From assembly GCF_001194135.2 (NCBI RefSeq), contig NC_068987.1:32018221-32078583 (forward strand): 60,363 nt of DNA. The letters are read 5' to 3'. Under the pieces are notes generated by a model. It was not told the origin of the DNA. It saw only the letters and a list, made by a program, of their open reading frames with translations, and ran no database searches. This document shows, piece after piece, positions 25,243 to 38,859 of this stretch (position 1 is the first letter of the stretch; the number at the start of each line of letters is the position of its first letter). The position numbers and the translations under genes were made by a program. The stretch comes from Octopus bimaculoides. Its lineage: Eukaryota.

Positions 25243-27528
25243 GATAGAAATTTATGTATCACGAAGAAAGAACAAGGCCTGTTTTGCATATAATTTCTCT
25301 TATAAAGGGCCCCTCGATGCGCTAAATTTCACCTTTTTTTTACAGCACATGGACATTAGCAACGGGGCGAAGTTTAACATTAATTGCTACGTGCCAACAC
25401 ATAAGCCATTAAGCTGGAATAAACTACAAAGGTTAGAGAAACTCTTCCTCGCCTTTTCATTCTCTTATATTTTGTAATCACTAACATTACGGACTCAAGA
25501 ATTTTTCTTTCTTTCTAATTAATAATAACTGCTAAAACTGAATAGATATTTTGGAAAATGGAGTCATAAACTGTGGGACCATCAAACGGAGCAAACATGT
25601 ACTGGAACTTCTGGAACTAACAAACAGAATCAATAAGTGACGGTTGTGTGATAACGGGAAAAGTTGATCAGAGAAAAAGGTGAATTCAATACTGCGAATA
25701 CTGCGAATTAATGGAACACTCGTCAATATTACTGTGCTCCCGCTGCCTATAACAGTAAGTTGTCACTACCAAACAGTACTTCTGTACTGATTGGGTGATT
25801 TAAAAGATAATTGTCTTGTCCAACTACATGACAAACTGTCACTGATAGTATATGATGTTATTGATCTGTTTAACCTATTGATCCGACCATCTGCCTTCTT
25901 CTTGTGCCATTTACTACACATTTAAACATCATTCGGTTGCCAAGTTTACTGGAATGTACAATGTTTACCAACTGCTGTGTCTAATGCGTAGGTTTACATA
26001 TCAACAGCCTGCGTTACACACAGAGTAATACACATCACATACTGGCACACAACTATATGTATATATGTGCCTAAATACACTGCCATACAACTATACACAA
26101 ACATACAAAACACATACAAATGCACATGCAAACACGCGCGCATGCGCACAGTTATACACACACCATACACACACAAAATTAACAATAACAACTGGATTTA
26201 ATGAAGTCTTTATAATACATAAATGAGACGAAAGAGTGAGAGAGTGCTACAGGGGAGAGAGGGAGGGGCGGGAGAGTACAACAGGCGAGAGAGAGAAAAG
26301 GAGAGAATACAACAGTTGGTGAATTTTAATCAGTTTCTCATGTCTTTAAAAATCAACTCAAAAGTTTGTCGAATAAATAATAATAGCTTCTAAGATTTCT
26401 CAAAAATGCTAAATTCTGTAAACAGGCATCGATTAAAGCCAGCATGGAGATGAGAGAGGAAATTAGCGGTGGGGCGGAAGGATCGACACTGACACAACTC
26501 AAGATGATAAAATTGATTTTGATCCCGGTAAAATTTAAAGAAGTAAAATCAAAACAAACAATAGAACAAAAATAAAGGCTTAATTAGATTGTTTTGCGGG
26601 AAATTATGTTGGAAACAAATGTTGTTGATAAGTTTCCAGTTAATTATTCTATTATTTGAAGTATTGTGTTGTGTTTTCTCGACTTTCTTGTGCATGGAAC
26701 AATTTAACATAGATTCTTGATGACGTTGTTAAAAAATACCTTTGTTTCGACGCACACCAAAAAGAAAGACTCTACACCAGCGGATCCCAATCATTTTCTA
26801 TGCTGCCAATCTTCTTGAAATCCAAAGCCTCTCTGTAATGAAAGCTGTCTGTTATCATTACTTTACCCCCTTATCCTTTACTAACGACATAGAACACTTA
26901 ATAGAGCTAACCTTAAAAAGAACTCCATCAGTACATAGTTATTAAACATTGGGTTGCTGCGCAGCTGGTAAAAATATTTGTTAATCATGCACATACCTTT
27001 ATAAATGGTTCAAATTATGTTTAGATTGACTTACGGCGAACATTAATAACAGTTTGAAAAAATACTTTTTTTCATATTCTACAGAATAAGTATATTCAAT
27101 GAACAATATCTTGCCTTTTAAAGCTCTGGCTGGCCGTGCGTAACAATAATTAATTATGTGCCTGCCTCGTATGATATATGGCTAAGTAATAGTAGTGTTA
27201 TATAGTGAAAGTCTCGTTAGCTACTATAGTGACAACTCTATCTATCTAACAAACACAAGCAAACACACATACTATTTATCTCTCCTTCTCTCTGTTTCTC
27301 TCCCTTTCTCTCTCCCCTCTCTCCCTCCCCTCTCTCTCTTTCTCACAGTATTTCTCTCTCAACAACAACCTGTTTTATAGTGAAAGACGTTTTTTAAAGT
27401 CTGTGTTGCGTTGTCTATATGTTGAAAGACATACAGAACCCTCCCTCCACGCACACAGAAATACACACATACACTAACAACCAAAACAACAATTGTGTGT
27501 GTGTGAAGGAGAACACGACCAGTTAATA

Positions 27529-28855
27529 TCAGGTCGTCCCATATGTTTTGTCCGATTTTACCTTTTTTAAAACCGAATAAAATTTAATAGTATTTAAGAA
27601 TGTCTAATAGAATTAAAAATTAGTAAAAATTAATTTTATGCATTTGTGTACATTTAAACTAAGTAAATATTATTTTACAGAATAAGAATAATACGATTAA
27701 AATATCTTTGATTAAACGTTTTCTAACATGGAAGTATCCAAAGAGCATTTGAGGCACATAATGCTTTATGAGTACAAAAAGGGAAACTCTGCTGCCGAAA
27801 CGACTCGAAACATACACTCAGTTTATGGGAAAGAATGCTTGAATGAAAGAACTTGTACAAGATGGTTTGCAAAATTCAGAAGTGGAGATTTCAGCCTTGA
27901 TGATCAAGTTCGAACAGGACGCCCAGTTGAGTTTGATGATAAGCTCCTTGGGGCATTACTTGAAGAAAATCCTGCATTATCAGTTGAAGAATTGGCAATA
28001 ACGATTAGTTCAAACCATACAACTGTTCATCATCATCTTCAACAACTTGGAAAGGTTCGGAAAGTAAACAACTTGGAAAGGAAACTGTTCGTCGTCATCT
28101 TGGAAAATGGGTGCCTCGTGAATTGTCCGAAAGCAAACGCAAATCCCGAGTTGACATATGCTCTTCTCTCCATTCTCGCGAACTCATTTCACCCTTTTTA
28201 GATAGACTTGTGACTGGTGACGAAAAATGGATCTTCTATCGAAATGTTAAACGTCGTAAACAGTGGCTTGGTAAAAGGAAAAAAGCTCACTACAACCGAG
28301 AAGGGAACTTCATGGAAAAAAGTTCTTCTCACTATCTGGTGTGATTGCAAAGAAGTAATTCACTTTGAATTGTTATCACCTAACGCAACGATCAATGCTC
28401 AAGTCTACTGTCAGCAATTAGAGCGTTTGAACCAAGCTTTGAAGAAAAAAGACCTGCTTTAGTGAATCAAACAGTAGTGATGTTTCATCAGGACAATACG
28501 TGACCCCACATTGCAAAGATCACATCACAGAAGATCGAAGAGCTTGGTTGGGAAAAAATTCCTCATCCACCTTATTCTCCCGACCTTGCTCCTTCGACTA
28601 CCATTTGTTTTGTAGTTTACAGAATCATTTGGGAGACATAACTTTCGCAAGCCAGGAGGAGGTAGAAACTGACATTTCAGAGTTCTTCGTTTTGAAACCA
28701 AAAGAGTTTTACATTGATGGGATTAAAAAGCTTGTAAGTAGATGTAAGGAAGTCATAGATAATCAAGGAAAGCTGATTAAATTTCAATTAAATATAACAT
28801 TTTATCACTTGTTTTCTTTATATAAAATTCGGACAGAACTTATAGGATGACCTGA
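27529..28855 (+). mobile_element. Mariner transposon, full length, inactive (transposase from 27728)
   Basis: TIRs TCAGGTCGTCCCATATGTTTTGTCCG and rc TCAGGTCATCCTATAAGTTCTGTCCG with TA flanks; MEVSKEHLRHIMLYEY, WFAKFRSG, LVTGDEKWIFY, FHQDN, YSPDLAP-FDYHLF motifs broken by frameshifts. Confidence 0.97.
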
Positions 28856-31800
28856 TATTATACTGTTATATAGTGAAAGTCTTTATTTGAAGTCTGTGTT
28901 GCGCTGTATTGACAGACTTGCACTTAAAATTCCCGCGTTTTTTATCGAAACTTGGTTGTTACTACTGTGGCAACACTCTATCTATCTATCTTTCACACAC
29001 TCCCTCTCTCTCTATCTATCTATCTATCTATTTATCTATCTCTATCTATCAATCTCTCTCTTTTCCTCTTACTCTCTTTCTCTCTTTCACTCATTTCTCT
29101 CATCAAATGTTTCTCCTCTCCTTCTATCCCTCCTTCACATATATCTTGTGACAGAAAGACAGACAGAGATCAGCTTGTCTTTGATAATATAAGATTGGTC
29201 GCAATTATTCTTCATCTCCACAATTGACGTGATTTGATGAAAAGAAAAGGGTAATGAAACAGGACAGTTTGCTCGGTTGTTTCGAATGCGCTTAGGAAGC
29301 TTTTGGAGTACACCATTTGAAAGCTTGAAAACGTTTGATGAAATGTTCGCACCCCTAAAAAAGTAATATCAGATATGAAAAATAAAAATATTAATTTTCT
29401 AACTACTACTTTTTGTTTTATTGAGTCATATACAGTACAGCAAAATAATAAAGTTCTTTTTTATTTTTTTTTAAGTGATTTTAATAAAGCATATAATTTC
29501 CCTCTTTGTTGTATACTCTGATATACCATCTCCCATTTCCATGGGGTGTGAACATCCAGGTCGCTCGAAATAGCAAATCACTCCCTACTGTCTTAAAAAA
29601 AGAAAGAGCATATTTAGATAATGTAGTCTCACATACTTCAAAAATGGCAAGATAATCACCGTTGGGTTGTATTAAATCATAAGTAAACTTGATTTGCGCA
29701 TATTTTGATCTGCGACTAAAGAACAGCAAGAGAAAGTGGTGTTAAATAACCATAACAACATCAAAATCTATGAAAGATCTTCGAATATATTCCCTATAAA
29801 ATCCTTAAAACAATATGGTGCTTGCAGCAATTACACGTCTTCTGTAACTATGTCTCCATATTTCTAACTTAGAGAGGAGTGAACGGAGTAATCATAATCG
29901 ATAGGGCAATATACTCTTATACTGCAGTAATGAGTTACGTTTATTTACGTTCAGTTTCCGTCGTGGTCAACATTGCTTTTCATCTTGCCGAGACTGACAA
30001 AATGTTTTCAAATATATTTAGGGGAATGAACTAATCTATTTTCCCCTACCCCTAAAACTTTGAGTCTAAGTGTCAATATTATTAATATAATATTTATAGG
30101 TGAGTATATGTTAGAATTGGTAGAGCGCTGGGCATAATGGTTTGTAGTATTTAACGAAATCCCTCTTCTGAGTTCAAATTTCTCCACAAGTTAGCAAATC
30201 TTGGATATTGCACAAGTAAAGAGCAGTTTTGTCGTGCGAGCCCGAATATCTACACTGCCTTGTCTGTATGAGTTTATCTTACACCGAAGATTTTCTGTAC
30301 TGCCAGATCAACGACATCCAGAACAATTTTCTGAACATCATCCACCAGCCATTAATTCTCTATAGAATGTACCTACCGTCTGCACTTCAAGACTGATATA
30401 GGACGATAAGCACCTAGCAACACTCTGCATGCCAAACACCCAAACAGGAACTACGGTTTCCCCAGGACTGCAATCAAGAGAGAAACAAGCCGGAAGAAGG
30501 CGCATCTAATAAAAAAATTCCTAAGTTTGTCCATCACTACATTTAACTATAGTCATGGAAATACTAATGTTTTAGACGGATTTGAATGTATTACAACCCC
30601 ATCAAAGCCCAGATTTCTCACCAATCTTCTCTACGAAAGATCGCATCAGATGGGTCCACGTTTTGGTTTACTTTCTGCCTAATGCCTCGATTTCATCGGC
30701 AATTCGTCATTTACATAAAAATGTCCTCAGTATTGAATTGCAATTACAGATACGTAGTAATGAAGCAATAATAAGAAAAAATGGTAAGTAAAAAAAAAGC
30801 TATAAGCATGTATATGTGTACATACAAATATATATGGTGGTGAGCAAAATTAATAACTGGGACAAAATTAGTAATTTCTGATTTCTCGTTATTTTCTTCC
30901 TGTCTGTTTGAAACCATTACATTGCAAATATTGCATCATCAGAATTTGGTATTGTTGTATCATCTTTGGTAGTAAAAATTAGTCAGCATAGTTGTTGTTG
31001 TTGTTGTTGAAGTTGAGAGAGTTTGAAAGAGATTCAGGAGATTTTTTTTTGCAAAATATTTTTCCTCGACTTTAACTCGATTGTAATTGTGGTTACTAAT
31101 TAAAAAAAAAACTGGATAATTTTTGCTGTTTAACAATCAATATTCTTCTCTCTGTTGGATTCCAAGTCAATTTTTCCCACACTAATGTCTGATTTTATAT
31201 TTTTTCATTCCCCCNNNNNNNNNNNNNNNNNNNNNNNNNNNNNNNNNNNNNNNNNNNNNNNNNNNNNNNNNNNNNNNNNNNNNNNNNNNNNNNNNNNNNN
31301 NNNNNNNNNNNNNNNNNNNNNNNNNNNNNNNNNNNNNNNNNNNNNNNNNNNNNNNNNNNNNNNNNNNNNNNNNNNNNNNNNNNNNNNNNNNNNNNNNNNN
31401 NNNNNNNNNNNNNNNNNNNNNNNNNNNNNNNNNNNNNNNNNNNNNNNNNNNNNNNNNNNNNNNNNNNNNNNNNNNNNNNNNNNNNNNNNNNNNNNNNNNN
31501 NNNNNNNNNNNNNNNNNNNNNNNNNNNNNNNNNNNNNNNNNNNNNNNNNNNNNNNNNNNNNNNNNNNNNNNNNNNNNNNNNNNNNNNNNNNNNNNNNNNN
31601 NNNNNNNNNNNNNNNNNNNNNNNNNNNNNNNNNNNNNNNNNNNNNNNNNNNNNNNNNNNNNNNNNNNNNNNNNNNNNNNNNNNNNNATATATATATATAT
31701 ATATATAATTCTAGGAGAATATGATCTCAATTTATGAAATTATAATCCTCACAGGTTTCTACGCAACACAGAAATTCAATATCATTATATATTTAGCTTC

Positions 31801-32192
31801 TATTGTTTTAAAAAAAAAGTGTAAAGTCATTACAAGTATGTTGTACACAAACATAACTTCATACAGGACTTCAAGGCCCCACTCAGTTCCGATTCCAATA
31901 AACCGTAACGTTTTTAACACAATTTAGATGTTTATACCATTTTAAATGTTTAGCTGGACCAGCATTCGGACCACACTCTCCACAGTTCTCTCCCCGTCCA
32001 CCTTTTCCCAGCAAACATTGATCAACAGATGTTCGCACTGGTTATCAATCACATTAATCTCATTAAATCAGGAGAGTGACTGACAAAGATTATGGGTATC
32101 CACTCTTCCTCTTCCTCATCCTCCGACTAACTTATTAAAGTACTTTTTTTAAAAATACAGTTCCTTTTCTTCTAGTTAGTAACTGGCAGAAA

Positions 32193-33064
32193 GGCAGCGA
32201 GCTAGCAGAGTCGTTTACGCGTCGGAGAAAATACTTAGCGAGCATAATCCTGGCTCTTTATGTTCTGGGGTCTAATCCCACTGAGGTCAACTTTGCATTT
32301 AATCCGTTTGGGGTTGCTAAAATAAAGTACCAGCTAAGTACTGGCGGCGATGTAACCGACTTACTTCCTACCCTGAGACTTTCTGGCATTGTGCCAAAAT
32401 TTGAAATTATTATTAGTGAACAGAACTAAGGCGATGAGTTGGCTGAATTATTACAACGTCGGAAATAATGCCTTGTAGTATTTCTTCTGGCTCAAGTCGG
32501 CGAACAGGCAGAAAATGCTTAACGGTATTTCGTCCGTCTTTACGTTCTGAGTTCAAATTCTGCCGAGGCCGACTTTACCGTTCATCCTTTTAGAGTCGAT
32601 AAAATAAGTACCAGTTGAGTAGTTGGGTCGATCTAATCGACTAAGCCTCTTCTCTGTAATTGCTGGCCTTGTGCCAAAATTTTAAACTAGTACTTCTTCC
32701 AGCTCTTTACATTCTAAATTCAAATCCCGCCGAGGACAACTTTGTCTTTCAGCCCTCCAGGGTCGATAAAATAAAGTGCCAGTCTAGTAACGGGGTCGAT
32801 GACAGCAACTAAACCTCTCCCCTTAAAACTGCTGACCTTGTTCCTAAATGGGAAATAATTATTTGGCTCATTATGTCTATCGGACAAACAGTATTTGTTC
32901 CGGTTCTTTATGTTGTAGGTTCAAATTCCACTGAAGTTGACTTTGCCATTTATCTTTCTGGGATCGATAAAATAAAGAAGCAATCAAATACTAAAATCGA
33001 TATAATCGATTATTTGCTTGACCTCAAAATTTCAGTCCTTGTGTCTGTATTAGCAAAGATTATT
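32193..33064 (+). mobile_element. Head-to-tail array of about five SINE family B copies
   Basis: Recurrent GGCGAG/GGCGAA heads, GTTCAAAT(T/C)C, GATAAAATAA and GTGCCAAAATTT ends at about 32193, 32428, 32495, 32690 and 32865, all on the plus strand. Confidence 0.8.
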
Positions 33065-33407
33065 ACCTGTGATTCATCCAGAGTATAAGGGAAATAGCAA
33101 AACTTGTTATCCAGGATTTTAGATGGTGTGCCAGAAATTCATCGGACGGAGCTCACTTCAAGACACATGTTTAGTTCAGCCATGTCCTGTTTTGTTAGGG
33201 TGCTATTAGAAGTTGGTTTCTAGTTAAATACATCTGGCCATGTAATCCGTGAAGGATAATCTGTATACGCACCATTTTGAAAGTAAAGTGGATCAATTTA
33301 ATTCATATTTCCAGGGAAGAGACTTAACTTGCTGAAATTAGTTAAGTGATATTATAACGAAAAATAGTAACGAAGAATCAATCGTTTAATTCAGCAAAAG
33401 CCTTCTA

Positions 33408-33987
33408 GGATCTTTTTTAAAACGGGGGCCACATTTTTCATTAACGAAACACTTTGAAACTTGGGACACTGGTAGAATGTGTCATATAAAACATTTTTTT
33501 CTCTTAGTCTTCTTTAAAAAAAAAGAAATCCATAAGTTATTCCATGTTAAAGTTGTCGTATTTCTGTAATTTCAACCAATCACTGACGTCCATTCAGCCG
33601 ATATACATTAAGTCCCGACTACATAAACAAACGATTCTGAAACAATTAACCCTAACCCTAACCCTAGCCCTAACCCTAGGGTTAGGGTTAGGGTTAAAGC
33701 AAATTTAAAATGAAAAAAGCAAATAAAACGAAGGTATAGAGATTAAATACGCTTTACATCGCTTAATCAGCCAAAGGAGTAAATGTATACAACTGAATAC
33801 TTGTCAGTGATTGGTTGAAATTATCGAAATAAGACAATTTTTTACATGAAATAAATTCGAATACAAAAATATTTTTCTGTTCTATAACACAAAATAGATA
33901 AGTATACGAAGTTTGAAAGTCTTTCCGTACCAAAAACACTACGTAAAACATTAATGAAAAATGTGGCCCCCGTTTTAAAATAGATCC
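33408..33987. mobile_element. MITE (580 bp) with ~37-bp TIRs, 8-bp TSD and central telomeric palindrome
   Basis: TIR GGATCT(T/A)TTTTAAAACGGGGGCCACATTTTTCATTAA at both ends; TSD GCCTTCTA at 33400-33407 and 33988-33995. Confidence 0.92.
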
Positions 33988-34457
33988 GCCTTCTAACGTC
34001 AGTATGACCAGTCAAAAGAGTATACGACTGTATTTATTTCAAATGACTGTCTACTAGTCTTCGACTAAAGCTTCCCATAATGTCTCTGATTCAGAAGTAG
34101 CAAATCCTGAACTTCATTTGCTCAAATTTAGTGCTTTCTGTATGATTGTTGAGCAACAAAATATTTTTAATGGCGTGACTGTTATTGTCTCTTCATTGAC
34201 CGAATCAATGCTAAACTTGCCCCACACACGTGTTGTTAGGGTTCAAATTCTACCTACCACTGTCTATTGTATAAAAGGAAAGATGAATAGAAGACATTTG
34301 CCCAAAACGATGATTAGTAGGACTTGACTCAAGACCATCTGGTTGCGAAGAGAACTTCTGAACTACACAGACATGGATGTGGCTATAACATAAAATGGGT
34401 TATGTAATTTTTGGGGTATATAGATATCTAATTTTTATCAATAATTTTCAGAATTAA

Positions 34458-34636
34458 GGCGGCGAACAGGCAGAATCATTAGCATACCGGGCAAAATGTT
34501 AGCGGCATTTCCTCTGCCCTTACATTCCGTCGACTTTGCCTTTCATACTTTCGAGGTCGATAAATTAAGTTGGGGTTGATGTAATCGACTTACACCCTCA
34601 CCTGAACTTGTCGGCTTTATGCCAAAATTTGAAACC
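34458..34636 (+). mobile_element. SINE family B with 18-bp TSD
   Basis: AATAA(T/A)TTTCAGAATTAA at 34440-34457 and 34637-34654. Confidence 0.88.
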
Positions 34637-34713
34637 AATAAATTTCAGAATTAAAGTAGCTAAATCACTCTGAAGGAGGAGTTAGAAAAACTCACATTTG
34701 TCCCTACCTATTA

Positions 34714-37340
34714 CACTGGGTAACACAATTTTTGCTCCTCTAAACTTTTTAGTGTTCCTAAGGTAATTTTTTCGCCTGATTTCAAAACTACTCTTGAATA
34801 TTGCATAGAATCGATATTTTAGGAGATAATTGCGGTTTTCTAGAGAATGGGAATAAAGTTTAGCTGCGATATACTTTATTCAACTTATTCACATTGTACA
34901 TTAATAGGAGCTAAAAATATTTTGTCCTAATATTTATTTTCAAGCTAATGAGAAATGTAAGCAAAACTATGATAACTAAGATTTTACTAGAAATGCACCG
35001 AAGATTGTGCTCTCCTACTGTGAGCTCCTATATCTGTACGCACCATATATTGACCATATATAGTCCCCTATCATTGTAGTGTCTCATCTTCTTGGTATCT
35101 TTTCTCCGTTACAATATCTTGATGGAATCTCTCACCATGTTCCTCACTCGACCTAAATTTTCACGAAAAATGTCTAAATGCGAATGACATTCTACAGCCT
35201 AAATTCTTATAACTCTCAATAAGTTTTGCCATGAGCTGCTTGTATTTTGGGTCTGTTGTTACCAAGGAATCCATTGACAATATCTCGAAATGCATACCAA
35301 CCCTCTCTTTCTAGATCACTCATCAAATTTTCAAATTTTACTGATCTCAGCATTTTCCTTACTTGTGGTCCAGTAAATATACCACCCTTAATTTTCGCCT
35401 CAGATAGCTTTGGAAAGAGTAGACGAATCTCTTGAAATGCTTATTCACCACGATCTAAAGCCTTTACAAACTGTTTGACCTGATCCAGCATTATATGAAG
35501 TGGAGGTAAAAACACTTTTGCTGGCTCTATAAGAGGTTGTCATGACATTTAGCTTTCCTAGCTGGAGGTTATCTCGTGGGGGCCACTCAGCCTCTGGTAA
35601 TATTCATGATCAGCCCTACTGTGTCATAGGCAAAGAAAACACAAATACTCAAAGTACTCACTCTGTAATCCAAGTTAGAAGGCAAGCATTTTAAAGTCAC
35701 CACAAACCTCCCATTTACACTTATCATAGTCTACTTTCTCAGGATGCTCTTTTACATTGTCATATTCTTCCTTCATCTGTAGCGAGTATGCAATAGGCAG
35801 GGATGGATGCTGATTTCTATTGTGTAATAAAACGGTTTTGAGGCTTTTTGTTGAGCTATCTATGAAAAGACGCCATTGATAAATTCCAATAGCTGTAAAC
35901 AAACTATTTATATCTTTGCAGAAGCAGAAATCCACACTTATGTCAAAGTATATTTGGAAATTCCTCATGGCACCTCCTGTATGCTGTTAATCTGCAGTCC
36001 CTCCCCAAGAGATTCCATTCATTCAGTCTGGATGCTAAAAGCTCAACTCCTGGCTTAATGAGACCCAAGTCCCTAATGAGATTATCCAGTTCACGTTGAC
36101 TTGGAAGGTGTGGGCAGGTACTCGTTCCTGGCTCAACTATTTAGTCCATTTCTTCGTTGTCGCCACCTTCAGACTCTCCTGCTGAGGCCTCCATCATATC
36201 CTCTACCTGGAAAAATTTAAAAGGTTGCATTTAGTAGTTGAAACCGTAATAAGAATTTTATGTGTAATCGGATATTATTTCAAAATTGATTCTGTTACCG
36301 TAAATGAAATTTAAATTTGTTATTAACATTTTAATAGAATGTACTAACATTTTCTGACAGTCGTGGAACCGGTAATTTATCATCATGTGTCACAGGCGCA
36401 TTTGAAGATTAAATGCTGGGACACAGAAGGGCTTTTCTTCCCTTAACTCTTCTATACTTTGATATATCAACCATATAAAAATAGCAATCATCTTGATGAT
36501 TTTTTGGCTCTCGCCAAACTCTTGGGATGGCAAAAGACATTGCTTTTCTTGCACCTCTAAGCCATCCATCTAAATTTGATTTACAAGTTCCACATATCAC
36601 ATGAGGGGCCCATGGTTTTCCTTAATCACCCATACTCATTCCAAAATACAGTCTATAAACAATCCAGTACTTAGCACCTTTCACAATTTTATATGCTACA
36701 TGCTTTCTTCCAACATAGTATCCGCACACATAACAGAATATATTTGGTGAAATCCTGCAGCCTCTTGTTTACAATAAAAACTTGAAAAAGGAAGAAATGT
36801 AAGTGATGTACAGTGCTTGTGGTCAAACAGTGATCAAACAGTCCCAAAACCAGATGGAATGCCAGACAAAAAAATGGAGGGATGAGAGACAAAAGCGCAA
36901 CACTTCCTTTTGCTGGTTATGGTAGCCACGAGAGCACTGAGACGTCTCTGTTGAATCTATTGTGTGTAGCAGAAGGCGGTGATGACACTGCCTTTTTACT
37001 TAAACCTTTCAATACTCTTATACGAATAATGGAGATAGAATATAAACTTTAAGAATGAATGATTTATTAATAGAGTAGAAAAATGTTTTACAGCAAGAGT
37101 TACGTCACGCAACAACCTGTGATCAAGTGATGTTAGAGCTTTTGTTTACACAAGAGTTGCTAAGTATATGATATGTGATGTATGATGATATGTGTTTATT
37201 AGCATAATTCGATATATCTCGCAAATGGTCTATGGTAGAGAAAAAGTAAACACATTTTTAAAATCAGCACAAAATTCTGCATTAAAATCACTCAAAATAA
37301 TAAAACAAACAAAACTTTTGTTAAAATTTGTAACTCAGTG
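34714..37340 (-). mobile_element. Chapaev3-type (CMC) DNA transposon, full length, inactive
   Basis: Termini CACTGGGTAACACAATTTT and rc CACTGAGTTACAAATTTT, flanks TTA/TCA (3-bp TWA-type TSD, one mismatch); minus-strand motifs IPRVWREPKNHQDDCYF, WRLFIDSSTKSLKTVLLHN, LPPLHI, KQFVKAL, LSEAKIKGGIFTGPQVR, HGERFHQDI. Confidence 0.9.
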
Positions 37341-38295
37341 TCATCTGTGCATGTGTTGGAATTAAAAGAAATATGTGAGTACAAACCAGTATGCAGTAGT
37401 GAAACTACAAACTCAATATATTAGAATATACATTTCAAATCTGAACAAATAGAGTATAGTGGCTGTTCAAACAAACATGTTATTTCTATTTCACATCAGT
37501 TCGGTGTTCTATCAGATTTCAATCTATTGAAACGTTTTCTCTTGGAAGAAAACAATTGTGGAAGATTAGCAGGCACGTCAGCACTTTCTGAAGTTGAATA
37601 CCGAAGCTAGTAGCGAGAAGAAAAAGACGTTTTCACTGCTAGATATTAATACAGCTAGCAGCCATATATATATACGAAAATGTTGTGACACAACACCCTG
37701 AAGCTTTGGTTAAGTCAAGTTTACCGACTCTTGTTTAGTGATTTATCAAACATTGTAAGTTGTCACTTACAGTTAAGGACCATCCATTTCTATACTGGAG
37801 GAATGAAAGTAGTCAGCTTTTTAAATAGATGTAAAATATTTATATATTTCAGCTTCTTTCTGTAACAGACTTAACATTTACCAATTCAGTGACAGAATTA
37901 TTTCATGAAGCAACGCAGCTTCTTGACCTGTCACCAGCTTTACAAGACTCTGAACAAAGAATTCCAGCGAAAATATCACTAACAAATGCTATGGTTTTCC
38001 AAATATTGTGGACTGGAGCTGGTATATAAAAGTAGCAAATGTCAACCTGTTTAGTGTAGATGCTTGTGAAACCTCCAATATATATTTCTCTAACAGCTAT
38101 TAAAAACTGCCCTACAATATTCCAAACGTATAAATATGATTTATTATATATTTGGTGTGTGTGTGTGTGTCTCCAGCTTATCTTTCCTCTTTCTTTTCTA
38201 TGTAGCTATCGCCTTTCTCTGCTGCTACCACAATGCTAAATCTGTTTTTCTATTCTACCCGACTTCCTATTTTTCATTAGAATTTTTCTGCTCCA

Positions 38296-38297
38296 AG

Positions 38298-38341
<44 letters not shown>

Positions 38342-38505
38342 GCTTTCTCTTTCTCCATCTCTCTCTCTCCCTCCCCCTCTCTCGCTTTCTCTTTTTCCCT
38401 CTCTCCCTCTCGCTTTCTCTCTCTCTCATTTTCTTTCTCTCTCTCTCTTACTCTTTCTCTCTCTTACTCTTTCTCTCTCTCCTACCTTCTCTCTCCCTCT
38501 CTTTT
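38296..38505. repeat. (CT)n-rich polypyrimidine tract
   Basis: Directly visible. Confidence 0.95.
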
Positions 38506-38859
38506 TTTTCATATTGTTTCTCACCCTTACTTCCCCTTGCCAGTTTTTCCTATTTTTAAATTCATTTAATTTAAGTGAGAAATAAATCTTGTTGGTGCGA
38601 GTTCAAATTATAGTTACGACAAAATGTAGTTTTCTCTTACAGGTTAAACATTTATTCACATCAATGATCTCGCAACCAGGATTTTCCATTTAAGGTAGTG
38701 AAAAATGATGGATTTGATTTCTAAATGCCAAATGTTTTGACCCATCTAGTGTTACATGAACACCAAAGAATGATAAAGAAAATATGGGGCCGCCACAAAC
38801 ACAATCAAACTGATCCTGTCTTGATTGTGCTCCGAAAGGAGAAAATGCTCTTTGGTATT

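Noticed and set aside
30250-30560. Possible PLE RT C-terminal fragment (NYGFPRTAIKRE)
   Set aside because: A single weak motif, not enough to call.
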